Shown piece by piece: positions 10,401 through 22,604 of a stretch of DNA of 64,000 nt (positions are counted from its first letter, which is position 1; each line of letters opens with the position of its first letter). This stretch comes from Hormiphora californensis. Its lineage: Eukaryota > Animalia > Ctenophora. The DNA lies in contig CM035359.1 of the NCBI GenBank assembly GCA_020137815.1, positions 4,588,001-4,652,000 on the forward strand. Reading direction: 5' to 3'. Position numbers and translations under genes: made by a program. Under the pieces are notes generated by a model. The model was not told the DNA's origin, searched no databases, and saw only the letters and a list, made by a program, of their open reading frames with translations.

Positions 10401-12315
10401 TTTGGCTCGACGATTTCTCTCTCACATTAAAATAAAGGACCCCTTTGTACCCCTTTGTACCATTGATAGCGTCCCTTTTTTTACCTTACATCCGAGTTTA
10501 CAGGCGATAAAAGAAGAAGGGTAAAACCCCAAACAAGAAGAGTTGCCATAACTAGATAAATACCATCGATCAATTAACAGCATGATGAGAATCAGTATAA
10601 GCAGATAGATTCTTCAAAAATATTTCGGCAATAATGTTTTCTTCTACCATACCAATTAGTCAATAACGTTTCTATATTCATAACTACATTCAGATTCAAT
10701 GTGGCCATTTGCTGCAGTACGTGTCAATTCACCATGATCAAATGGAATTAATTAACAAGAAAGATTTGAAAGATCACAGTTGAAGGCGCCAGGATTTGAG
10801 AGAAATATCACTATCATAGATCATCAATCACATGTATACTAGCTATCTATTTTCTCTCTCTCACAGAGCAGGGAGTTGCCATGCGGCCTGCGGGTGATTT
10901 GATTGAGGCGAAAGGACCTGTTTTGTATATCATTTGGCGAATATAAAGTCTATGACCTGTGTGATTTGGTATACTATAGGGTTGACTAAAATTGAGTTTA
11001 GGAGCTTCGGTTCCGTACACCATCTCTCTTGTCGTTCTCGTATCAACGTGGACAATTGTTAATAGGGTCTGACTGTGGGCTGATACCCTCTAGGAGAATG
11101 GAGCTTTTCTGAATCACCTTTTCGAGACGAATCCAACGCAACCGGGATTAGCTTTCTATCTTATCGGGAAGTTTGGGCTTGAAACTTGGGTTTCCAGACC
11201 ATATGCACAGTCAGACATGCTAACAAATGAGAATGGCCGTATATTTTCAGGAGTGAATTAGGGAATTTTTTTTTTCGTTTATCGGCATCATCAAAAAGAA
11301 TAATATATGGCTGTTCTCAGAAAACTAGTTGGTCTAAGCATCAGTTCTTAGTCTCACAATTAGGGCTCTGAACACAGAACACTCAGCCCCGGTGATACCA
11401 GGGGCACGGAGAAGTTGCGAAAAAAGCATCAATTCATGTATGATAAGCTCAGCATTTCCACAATTAAGTATACCCATCTATTGTATATTGTCAAGCCGGA
11501 AGGAGAAATCAAAACGTACTCACTAATTTCAGCATGTTTTCGTCACGTGATGATCAGAGCAAGCTATGATAATTACAGTACAACATGTTCAAAAGCAGAA
11601 TAATGCAGAATAAATGATCATGGTGGTGATCAACATGTTTCGAAATTCAACTGATGAAGAATAGATAATGAACTTTCATGCGCAATCAAGACATGTTTAT
11701 GCACTTAATCAGTATATATCGATATGAATTAGCTAATGGCAGTTATCAGTTCAGCAAATGAACGATCACAGAGCTTCATATTATATGCAACTTGAAGCGC
11801 TTGTTACAGATGAAGCAAGCTGTTTGCGTTTCAGCATTACTACGTGTGGTCAGCTCTAATATGATATATACATGTCTCTGCGTGATTGCACAGTCGTGAG
11901 ATGAAGACATGGTAAATGCTTTCGGCGTATCAAAGTCACAACACCACTCATAGCATTCATCGCAAAACCACTTTCATATATTAATCAAGCTAGCTCACTA
12001 TCATTGGCTCATATATGTAATTCGACAGAGATAGAGAGAGAGATGGTATGGCTTTCGCAATTCGCATATATACTCAAACAGTGTTTAGCATATACGTCAT
12101 TCTAAAGATATATGGTAGTGCATCAAAATACAAAACAATACAAAACAATTGAAATTAGAAAGCTGTATCAAAATAGAACAGACATTGGGGCAATTATATT
12201 CCAATCTTTCTTTCAATCTTTCATAATGATATCTGCTATTATGCAAATACTATACCTACAGAAAGAAATCTTGCGGAGAGTGCTCTATCCAAGAGTGTCA
12301 TGTGGGGAGCTATAT

Positions 12316-13395
12316 TATTTAGGTGCCGGCAGGCACCTCCGACCCGAAGAAAACAGCAAAAAACGAAAAAAAGAAAAAAAAATTTTTGCCCTTGCACAAA
12401 AACCCAAAAATGCCGGCCCTATTAAGAACAAAGAAAGGTCTTTTTTTGGGGGGGGGGGGGGGCAAAAAACATGTCAACGATTGTGGCCACACCGTTTGAG
12501 ATATCGACTTGAAATTTTGTAGGCATGTTCTTGTAGTATTCCTTTGTGTCATGACGTTGGCGGATTTTTGAATTTTTAATTAATTAATTAATTATAGGTA
12601 ATTAAAAATGGTGCAAGGGCACCGTGCCCCTGCACATTGCGTGTTCTGTCCCTTGCACCGCGCCCTTGCACCAAATTCTATTTTCCGTTCTGTTTAAAAT
12701 ATCAACTTGAAACTTTGTAGGAATGTTCTTCAATCATAAAAGATGATGTTCGAAAAGTGGGAATAGTCAAAATTAATTAATTAGTTAGTTAGAGCCGTGC
12801 AAAAAATGGAATTTGGTGCAAGGGCAGGCAATGTGCAAGGGCAAATGGTGCAAGGGCAGCCCTTGCACCAATTTTATGATCGAACTGTGTCCACACCGTT
12901 TAATATTTTGACACGAAACTTTCTATGCATGTTCTAGTAGCATAACTACGAGTACTAGAAGAGCCGTATGATTAATATATCAATTAGGTAATTAATTATA
13001 GGCAAATTAATTAAAATTTGCCCTTGCACAATTTGTGCAAATTTCCCCTGAACATGTGCCCTTGCACCATTTTGTTTGCCCATGCACTAAATTATATTTT
13101 CCGTTCTGCTTAAAATATCGACTTGAAACTTTCTAGGAATGTTCTTCATGCATAAAACATATAATATAATCTACAGAAAGTGGGAATAGTCAAAATTAAT
13201 TAATTAATTACTTAGAGATTAATTTTGGGGTGGCCCCTGCACAATTTTGGCAAATTTGATATTCAAACTTTGAGCCTTTGTGAAAGTAATGAAAATTATT
13301 TATTTCAGGTTATGATGAACAATAAACGCCCTTTTTGTTACACAAGCCTGTGCATTGGTATCGAAGACACCTCACACTCTGTCGCCGGGCGACCT
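12316..13395 (+). mobile_element. Possible Helentron-associated (DINE-1/HINE-like) element with internal CCCTTGCAC repeats
   Basis: T-rich start with AGGTG...CACCT subterminal inverted motif, repeated gatatcgacttgaaa blocks, 3' stem-loop gtcgcc-g-ggcgac; boundaries approximate. Confidence 0.45.
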
Positions 13396-14055
13396 TCGCG
13401 TGCACACGCTGGCAAGGGGTAACTTCGTAACCAAAGCCTGTGCATTGTGCATAATGAAATGGATAAATTTTCATCCAGTTGCTGGCGATAGAACTCGATA
13501 GAGTTCGATTGATTTACCATGACAACGGAGTTGGTTACCATACTAACCAGAGAATTCGTTGTAAAATAGTTCTTTCTTGCTATAAACTCGGCCTTTAGAT
13601 AGAAAATTGATTTTATTCTACTCGCACTAATGCAAGGGCATTTCACAGTTTGGTGCCGTTATTTGTGTCTCTATTTTTAATAGGATTTTGGGATTAGACT
13701 GAAAGTATGGGATCATTTGAGAAGTAGTGAAGATTTGAAAATGTTAGCAACTTGCCGGTTCGACAAACTAAACCCATATGATTCCAACTTCGGGTCGGAC
13801 GAGGGGAAGCTTGCCTTTTGCGAACATATCTACTATATGTAGATGATATTGAAGTATTATGTAGTTACAGTCGGACCCCGATTTAACGGCACCCTCGGGG
13901 GAAAGGGTTTTGTCCGTTAAATCGGGGTGTCCGTTAAATCGGGGTAGAGCATATTTGGTCCATAAAACCCTATTTTTGTCCAAAATGCTATACTAAAACA
14001 CCTCTAAGTGTTAAATGCAATGTCCATGTATTGATTACATGATCATTTCTGATTA

Positions 14056-17006
14056 ATAATAATAATAATAATATTCCGCGCTTATATACCGCCCATACCC
14101 GACAGAGACATGTCAAAATATTGACGATGTTCCGCCGAATCATCAGAGCGGTATATCCTCGACTACTTATATGACACACTCGAACAGCTCTGGTTGAAAA
14201 ACAATCTATAGACGACTAAATAAACTTGACTTATAAAACTGAGGGAATAACTGGTCCCATAATCCTGTAGATATAAATTAAAACACACTATACTCACACC
14301 TGCTCGAAAAAAGGATACTAGGTAATGAATTAATAACATGGCTAGAGAGAGGATGACACTGATTGCCCGCAGGCCCCACAACAAACATTACAACTCAGCC
14401 ATGGGTTCCCCATCACCCACTCCAAATGCACCAACGAAGAGATGTGTTTTCAGCCGGGTTTTGAAAGTATCCACATTGGGGATTGACCTGAGCTCAAGAG
14501 GAAGCTCATTCCAGACAGAGGGCAGGAATACTGATAACCTCCTACGTCTCAACTTAGAGTTGGCATTGATACTGGTCATATTTGGATGTTTTAACCTATA
14601 GGGATCCGGAACATTAGTCATCCTCGTTGTCCTAGAGGTTCCCCAAGTCTCATCACGTGGCACCAAATCCTGGAGATAACACGGGGCTGTTCCATTGACT
14701 ATTTTGTAGGCAATCAAACATGCTTTGAAGTCCAACCTGTAGGAGATCGGTAAAATATGACATTGCCTGAAATACTCCATGTAGTTGTCCTGGTGTCCGT
14801 GGAGGTTAAATACAAAACGAACACAGGCATTGAGAAGCTTCTGGAGCCCACTGAGAACTCGACCAGGAAGTCCACAATACAGAATGTTACTGTAGTCTAT
14901 CCTCGATAAAATCAACTGTTTGACCAACATTATCTTTGTTGGGATATCAAAACACCTGTGCAGTTGCCAAAGGTTTCGTAACATCAGTCCACACTGTTTC
15001 CTCACATTGTTAACCTGTCGTTCAAGGCCAAGGTTATGATCCAAGAGAATTCCCAGGGTTTTACCATCTGTTCCACTACATTCACTGGGGGAGATTTCCG
15101 TTCCTCCAAAGTTAATAACTGGATCAAAAGAGACTTTGCTTAGAGAACTGCGCTTTCCAAGCAGGATGAATTCCGTTTTGGCCTCATTACACTTCAACCA
15201 CTGCCCTACCATCCACCTCTTCACCTTCGCCAGACACTCCTCAATATCCACCTTTGCCTCAACCCAGCCAGCAGCATCCGTAGGAACCAGACTCACGTAG
15301 AGCTGGGAATCATCTGCATATAACTTTATCCGGAGTCCATATGGCTCCACAATATCTTGTACAGCCTCGATGTAGAGTAGGAACAAAATAGGACCAAGGA
15401 GGGACCCTTGAGGGACTCCACAAAGTAAAGCAAGGGTTTCCGAAAGGCAATCACCGACCGAAACTCTAAAAGATCTGGAACTCAAATAGCTTTTAAACCA
15501 TCGGAGAGGTTCACCATCCACTCCAAACCGTTTCTGCAACACCTCCAACAACTTTCCATGGTCAACCGTATCAAAAGCAGCACTCATATCTAGACAGATA
15601 AGAGCTACTACGTTTCCTTTATCCATTTCCCCTAGAATGTCATCGAACATGCTTGCCAATAGCGTTTCACAACTGTGACCAACACGATAGCCAGACTGAT
15701 GTTTGCCCAAAAGAGAGTTGCGATCCAGGTAGTCATTGAGTTGCGTGAGAACTACCTTCTCAAGAAGCTTAGACAGAAATGGGATGTTCGAAACAGGACG
15801 ATAGTTGCTGAGAGCTTCACGATCTCCATACATATTCTTGATGGTAGGAAAGACAAGTGCCTCCTGGAGAGATTCTGCGACCGAAGACTGATGTAGAGAC
15901 TGATTGACTATTGATGTTAATGCAGGAGCCAGATCACTTATACACTCCTTTACCACCCAAGTGGGCAACGGGTCCAGGTCACAGTGCTTGCTGGACATCG
16001 ATTTCACTAATGAAACAAGTTCCTCCTCAGATATCTCTTTGAATTCATTCCATGTTGTATGACAGGATTTTCCAGATTCCACAAAATCGCCAGCCTGCTG
16101 CTGCTCCTCATTGACTTGGGTCCGAATTTTGGTCACCTTTGAACTAAAGAACTTTGAAAAATCATCAGCCAGGTTCTTGTTGTTGGTAGTCTCAGGAAGA
16201 ATAGTTTCCACTTTTCCCAGGAGTTTCTGTAACTTTCTTTGTAGCTTCTTCGGGTCCCCTTTTGCCGCATCCAAGTCCTCTTTAACAAAAGCTGCTCTCT
16301 TTTCCTTGTCCATGTTTCCATAGAGCTTCTTCAAATCATTGAATCTCCGTTTCGCTTCCTCAGTTCCATGCTTCCTCCAGTATCGTTCCGCACTCCTCCT
16401 CTTACGTAGTATTCCTCTTAGTTCCTCATCTCTCCACGGTTTAAACTTTTTCCCTGTCCTCACCCGTTTCCTCGGAACTCGCCTTTCCACTACACTTTCC
16501 AACCAACGATAGAAGTTTACAATACTCTCCTCTGGATCCCGGCCTGGTTCAAATTCCGCTTTCTGGAGGTCCTCTCTGAATCCTTCCTTGTCCATTGACT
16601 TGTAGTCCATGTATTCTCGAAACATTGATTTCCGCATACAAGAGTTTGACAGGTCCTGTCTCACTTCAAGCCCAAACTGTACCAGGAAGTGGTCCGAAGT
16701 AGTACCATTAGGACAAATTGTTAAATCTCCTAGATTGGTTTCCCTTGTAGTTATCACCAGGTCTAAGGTTCCACCAAGTTGGTGAGTAGGCAATAGTGGT
16801 ACTCTTTGCTGAAGGTCAAATGAATCTAGAAGCTCCAATAGTTTCCTCGAGTAGAAGTTGTTCTTGTCCTGCACCTGAAAGTTCAGATCCCCTGCTATAA
16901 TTGGAGTACCTTGCTTCATAACAAGTTCTGAAAGATAGTCTCCGAACTCAGATAGGAATGTAGCCTCTGTGAGTCTTGACTTAGTTGTGTATGGTGGACG
17001 ATAAAC
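14056..17006 (-). mobile_element. 5'-truncated L2/CR1-group LINE with 3' UTR and (ATT)n tail
   Basis: ORF2 above. The minus-strand 3' end reads ...ccgctctga...gcggtatataagcgcggaat(att)n. ATTA on both flanks (14052-14055, 17007-17010) is a possible short TSD. Confidence 0.9.
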
Positions 17007-17009
17007 ATT
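14388..17009 (-). CDS. LINE ORF2 (L2/CR1 group): truncated APE endonuclease + reverse transcriptase
   Basis: Open frame of ~870 aa: VYRPP, GDLNF, PTH..GGTLDL, SDH (APE C-half); NYRPVSN, QSGYR, LDMSAAFDTVDH, GVPQGSLLGPILF, YADDSQLY (RT); L2-type C-terminus FKTRLKTHLF. The first ~10 residues of the computed ORF (to 17039) are flanking DNA. Confidence 0.95.
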   Translation of the reverse strand, partial: NVYRPPYTTKSRLTEATFLSEFGDYLSELVMKQGTPIIAGDLNFQVQDKNNFYSRKLLELLDSFDLQQRVPLLPTHQLGGTLDLVITTRETNLGDLTICPNGTTSDHFLVQFGLEVRQDLSNSCMRKSMFREYMDYKSMDKEGFREDLQKAEFEPGRDPEESIVNFYRWLESVVERRVPRKRVRTGKKFKPWRDEELRGILRKRRSAERYWRKHGTEEAKRRFNDLKKLYGNMDKEKRAAFVKEDLDAAKGDPKKLQRKLQKLLGKVETILPETTNNKNLADDFSKFFSSKVTKIRTQVNEEQQQAGDFVESGKSCHTTWNEFKEISEEELVSLVKSMSSKHCDLDPLPTWVVKECISDLAPALTSIVNQSLHQSSVAESLQEALVFPTIKNMYGDREALSNYRPVSNIPFLSKLLEKVVLTQLNDYLDRNSLLGKHQSGYRVGHSCETLLASMFDDILGEMDKGNVVALICLDMSAAFDTVDHGKLLEVLQKRFGVDGEPLRWFKSYLSSRSFRVSVGDCLSETLALLCGVPQGSLLGPILFLLYIEAVQDIVEPYGLRIKLYADDSQLYVSLVPTDAAGWVEAKVDIEECLAKVKRWMVGQWLKCNEAKTEFILLGKRSSLSKVSFDPVINFGGTEISPSECSGTDGKTLGILLDHNLGLERQVNNVRKQCGLMLRNLWQLHRCFDIPTKIMLVKQLILSRIDYSNILYCGLPGRVLSGLQKLLNACVRFVFNLHGHQDNYMEYFRQCHILPISYRLDFKACLIAYKIVNGTAPCYLQDLVPRDETWGTSRTTRMTNVPDPYRLKHPNMTSINANSKLRRRRLSVFLPSVWNELPLELRSIPNVDTFKTRLKTHLFVGAFGVGDGEPMAEL

Positions 17010-17793
17010 AGAAAAAGAAAATAATTTTAAAAAAATCAAAAAAAGTTATAAAAATTTTCTAAGGTACAACCATGTACATGTCAGAATCGTTTATTGAACC
17101 AGTGCATCTTATCGCATGTCTTGCTGCTAATTAGACGGTTCGAAACGAACCGATACGTGATACCATGCCGAATCGGGGCGAGGAAGAATTCGAATTTCAA
17201 AATATCTTTCTCTCTGAAAATTCATGGGGAGCACCGATCAAAGCAATGACAATCATTCTGTAAAATTTTGCAAAAAAAAGTTATGAAAATTTTTCAAAGG
17301 TATATCAACCACGTCCGAATCGTGTTTCTAATCAGTGCATCTTATCGCACGTCCTGTCGCTAATTAGACGGTTCGAAACGAACTGATACGTGATCCCCAT
17401 GGGACCAGTTAGGTTTACCAAGCGTCAAAATTGCGATTCGATGGGCCTCTTGGGGATCACATTTCTGTTCGTTTCGAACCGTCTAATTACCGGCAAGACA
17501 TGCAATAAGATTCACCGATTCGAAACATGATTCGAACGTGGTTAATACACCTTTGAAAAATTTTCAAAAAATTTTTGGGGGAAATTTATCCTGCCGTTAA
17601 ATCGGGGTGCCGCTAAATCGGGGGCCGTTAAATCGGGGTCCGACTGTATTATTATGATCTAACTATTGAAATGGACTCACTAGCATGAATGGTCACACAA
17701 AGCAGAGCTCAGAATAATAACGCAGCTGATTTTAAGACAAAAAGAGGGCCAGGCCTGGTGAGTATAACGTTGGGAATGCACATTGTTGAGGAG

Positions 17794-18008
17794 GGTAAGC
17801 GGACTCTAGTGCTAAAATCACGAAAAGCGAACTCGAGATTTCGGCCGTCAGGCCGGAAACGAGAGTTTGCTGTGACTTTATACTCGTTTATAAGTGTTAG
17901 GGCCGTTATTTGGGTTCGAGGTTAGGGGTTAGTGTAAAGGTTAGGGTTAGATAAAGAGTCCTCCTTGGGTTTAGATATAGAGTCCGTTAGCACTAGAGTC
18001 CGCCTACC
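17794..18008. mobile_element. MITE with GGTA- TIR, 9-bp TSD and internal telomere-like TTAGGG units (Merlin- or MULE-like)
   Basis: ggtaagcggactctagtgctaa / ttagcactagagtccgcctacc; flanks gttgaggag / gttgagaag. Confidence 0.75.
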
Positions 18009-18118
18009 GTTGAGAAGCACGTCATTCTTATGGGTGTGTGACTGAAATTGACTATGTGATGAAAAAAGGTACTTGATGGCCGCGAACATTAATATCACGA
18101 AGCCGTGAGAACGGAGTG

Positions 18119-18199
<81 letters not shown>

Positions 18200-20207
18200 A
18201 GAGAGAAACAAGCTTATGTATGGAGAAAGAGAGGAACAATGTCATTGTACAAGTCGCTAGCTTTAGCAATATTGTATACGAATGTCGAGTTAGTATAATA
18301 GAGCTCCAGGTTGCTTCAATAAAACTATTTTTGCGTCATGGCCCTTGGGATCCAGGAACAAGTAAACAACCAATCAGAACTCTTTATTTAGGTGACGTGA
18401 CTGGTTATCAGCCAATCAGGGACCAGTATTTCCTGATTCGGTCGGTTCCACACAAACTGGGATCCACACAAACATGGTGGGCCAAAATTAAGGTGTGTCA
18501 ATTTCCTGGGTAGAATTTTACCAAACAATTCACCCCAGGCCAACATTATCACCCTTTCATTAAAATATATTCGACAATAGAAGATCTATAGGAACTCCCC
18601 CGCGCATTGCGGAAATCACTGCAGTAATTAACAAAGAAGAGTATCAAGATTTTTGTCGGAATTAAATTAAGAGTTAATTGACGACAGACTATTAACCGCA
18701 GCCACACTCACACATTCATTAGAGTGGTAGATGGAAAACCGGCCGCACTATCGGAAATCAGAGAGGGAAGAGGGAAAGAGAGAAAGATGGTGGGAGAGAT
18801 AATGAAATAGATTGTAAGAGATATGAAGAGTAAGAGGAGATAAAATGGTAAAAGAAGAGACTACTGCCGATGGTGACAATTAAACAATTACGAAATGTGA
18901 AACGGGTATGAATACTGTTAATAGATACATAGATTGGGAATTGTGTATGTAGCTGTAGAGGGAGGTAAGCAACAGCAATTCATCTGTGCACACACATTTC
19001 CTTCTTTATAGCTATACAAAACGACACAAGTTTCGAAAAGTCTAATACAAATGTCAAATAATAATATACGACTAAATAATACTGAACCACTAATACGAAT
19101 TACCACAAATGCACCAAGATTGCCCACATAGATCGATTTTAAACAGGCATGCTAGCGTTGTTGAGAAAAGGAAGGGACTCACAACAGTATGCCGACAGAG
19201 TTAGATGTATTGAGAACTGAGAATTGAGTTGAATCCCATATCAAGTGAGAGCTGCAGTGTGTTTTCAATTAGTTTCATACTTCTAGGGAATCAGCTATAC
19301 TAGTATAGGGATGTGATGAGAGCTGTTTACTAAAGAAAAGCTTGCCTATTAACGAAGCATAACAGAATGAGTTTATAAATCAGTCTATATTATGCATGCA
19401 TTCGTCATAAATCAGTTAGGAGTTAGACCGATCTGATAGCTCTGAGAATCATGATTTATGATTAGCAGCTATTATAATATATGTTATCTTGATTTATGCT
19501 TAGCATATGCATCTTTTATAAAGTACCTAACATTCTGGCTAGCAAAGAAACGATATCAATGACTGATCGATATGATCTAGGCAGTTTGGCAGCACGTAAA
19601 TTCTGGTGAGAAGAATCATTTTAATGTGTTAACGAGCTGAGAATGTTTGGCCGAGTGAGATATGTGTGACCGCTATACTAATACAGCAACAGCAACTCAT
19701 ATAATTCTTAGTTTTATTGGAGAGTATAAGAAGTCGAACAAAGAACTTGAATTAATCGTTAACTGTTAATCAGCTACTAATAATATCATATTGTATTAAT
19801 CTGCTATATTATATGAGGCCGTATAGCTAATTTGAAGTCCAATATACTGCAATTCTCCATGTGAACAACTCCTGATCTTCATTAATCATTATTTCAAAAT
19901 GGTGGAAGTGATACATCCGAATCATTATTATGACTTAATATGAGGGAAATTTTGTCGGCTAGTTTACAGCGATTGGTATCTCTTTTAAGTTATAGTAAGG
20001 ACTGAGAAGGCATATATCGTTGGGGGTTAACAAAAACCACTAGGACAGTCTTTATGGACAATATATGATGCTGCTTCAATACCAAATCACTTTAAGGCTC
20101 ACGATGTCAATATAAAACCAATTTAACTGCCATTTTGCTAAAGTTATTAGGTATAGTCGGGTGGAGCCAATCCTACATTCCAGCCATGCAGCTACCAGCT
20201 ATATGTA

Positions 20208-20379
20208 CAGTCGGACCCCGATTTAGGGACACCCTCGGGGGAAAGGCTCTTGTCCACTAAAACGGGGTGTCCACTAAATCAGGGTCAAATAATGTTAATT
20301 TCCTATATCGGGGGAAAAAAATCCTGTCCCTAAATCGGGGTGCCACTAAATCGGGGGCCCCTAAATCGGGGTCCGACTG
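20208..20379. mobile_element. MITE, same CAGTCGGACCCCGATTTA family
   Basis: TIR cagtcggaccccgattta...taaatcggggtccgactg. Further copies at 32319-32490, ~30631-30687 (short), ~4119-4199 and ~10327-10374 (degenerate). Confidence 0.85.
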
Positions 20380-20382
20380 TTA

Positions 20383-20958
20383 TCATACTACTTACTATTC
20401 AAATTGTCAGTGCTACATCACCTAGCAACTACACTTGCACGTGCAATTATTAGAGCAACTTAGAAACCTCACTCCCAGTTGCAGCTTTGGGTACCAAGGG
20501 CCAATTCAATTCTGCACGTGCATTCTTTTACTTTTGTCCTGATGTCTTGCTCTTCCACCCCAAGCGCTATTCGGCAACGGTTATATAGGTCCAGAAGATC
20601 TGCTGCTGTCAGGGAGCAGGCTAGAGAATATGACAGATTACGCCAACGTGTTCAAGCGAGCCAATCAACGACTACTGAAAGCTTTACCCAACGTCGCCCA
20701 AGGGTGATTACTCCAGTCGAATATAGAAATCTCCGAATCGGCTACATAGCGGCCAAGTTTTCACGAGATGAGTTTCTGGAGCACATTGATCTCTTAAATT
20801 CGCACCTTGACATTGTCAGGAAGCCCAGAGCGTACAACAACATGGGTAGGGAGAAAGTGAGAGATAGGGTAGGAATGGATGGTGGAGGTGATGTCAGGGT
20901 TCCCTAATCAAGCTACCATTTCCCCGAAATTCGCCCGTAGGGCGAACGGGCCTACTAG
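20383..20958 (+). mobile_element. Non-autonomous Helitron (~580-600 bp family)
   Basis: a|TC 5' end, 3' hairpin TTCGCCCGTAGGGCGAA 8 nt before CTAG|t, no TSD. Internal R/E-rich ORF remnant SAIRQR..RSRRSAAVREQAREYDRLRQR. Confidence 0.85.
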
Positions 20959-21227
20959 TATTACTATATGGGAAATGGGGTCCAGTACACAGTTCAACTA
21001 ATAACTATGACAGAACGAATGTGTGTAAAAAAATCAATAACAGATCAATTTCTTCCACAGCGGCCACGCCCGTTAAAATGAGTGGGCGAATCATAACGAC
21101 ATTAAAGTTACCGCGTGAACGCCTATAAACCGATAGAGAGACTGCTGCATAACCACTGGTCATTGACCACTCACTGTATGCTGATTCTAACGTAGATGTT
21201 ATTGCGGGTTTGTAAGCAAGCTGGTGG

Positions 21228-21331
21228 ATGTGTACTTAATGTCCGATTTGTGAATCTAGAATAATACCACAAATGTATTAATACATTTGTGGTATTATTC
21301 TAGATTCACAAATCGGACATTAAGTACACAT
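21228..21331. repeat. 104-bp perfect palindrome
   Basis: No spacer; centre aaatgtatt|aatacattt. Confidence 0.95.
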
Positions 21332-22488
21332 TATCAGTGGTCTGCGACAACAAAAAACAAAGGACAGGCTCTACCAGTAATTATAAGACAGGCGTAGTGC
21401 TATAATTACAACTACTGCTAGACGTACATCAAAAGATACAAAAAGTGGGGGTAGGTATAATCCGAAGGAAAAAAGGAAGCACCAATTAACGAAATAGTCG
21501 CCTGCAGCTGTCCAGTCTGCTTGTAGTAGGCTATACAGGTAGAATTCTATAGAAATCATCAAAGGAAAGCTCAGTTTAGTCTTTGTGAATTAGTGTTGAA
21601 ATATGTGTCAAGATATGGTAGCTATAATAACATCTTCAAAGGTAAAACTGCTTTCCAAAAGGGAACAACTCCAATCAAAAAAGTACTTTCTAAGGAAACG
21701 TAGTACGTACGATTTAATATCAATTAGTAGGAATGCAATGGAAATTAGCAGAAGCGAAGGCATTCGAAGCATACCATGGCTGATACGACATATGGGCGGA
21801 GGAAGCAGCTCACAGCTGAGAGAAAGAAGGGCGAAGAAGGGATTTGGTTCCCAACCATGGTTAACCACACATATGGTTCCACAGCACAAAAAACACTAAC
21901 ATGTGACCTAACATTTATAAATGGATAGAGGTTTGGGCCTTGGGGCTCATCACAAGACACAAAGGGTCATGGCATGCCAATATCATAATGTAGGGAGGGC
22001 AGCATTGTCTAAATAATATACGAGAGGGCCAATCATATTAACCATACATATATAATTCAGAATTCTAGATGAGTCGAGATTGAGTTGACACTGTGCTACT
22101 ATTACTATATAAAAACTGCTGTTGTTTTTAATTTGTACTATTACTATATATATAATTGTCAGGAGAGTGTGGGTTCATTCGGTGACTCTCAAATAGAGAG
22201 AGAGAGAGAGGGGGAGAGGGGGAGGGGAGAGAGAATAGGTTATTGCGAACTATTGGAATAGTTCGCAATATATTGGACGCTAAGGAGATTTCAGCTTGCC
22301 GAGAAACTCCCCCTAGTAAAACAGTCTATAACCTATGGAATACCACATATATTACCACAGGTTGTTGGAATACCCCGGCCTTTCCTTTGAATAGTTTACC
22401 ATATATTATATTGGTATACCCAATTATATACTGTACCAGGCCTCCCCCCGCTGACACGGCCATCATTATCCAGTTTAGCGGATCAATC

Positions 22489-22604
<116 letters not shown>

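Larger units (their letters stand above)
13868..17646. mobile_element. Non-autonomous Tc1/mariner-type element (TA TSD) interrupted by the LINE
   Basis: ta|CAGTCGGACCCCGATTTAACGG ... CCGTTAAATCGGGGTCCGACTG|ta, with repeated subterminal TAAATCGGGG motifs. Confidence 0.85.

Noticed and set aside
19130-21960. Possible ancient RT/RNase H remnants (19.1-20.1 kb, 21.35-21.96 kb; similar texture at 11.4-12.3 kb)
   Set aside because: No unambiguous motif recoverable by eye.
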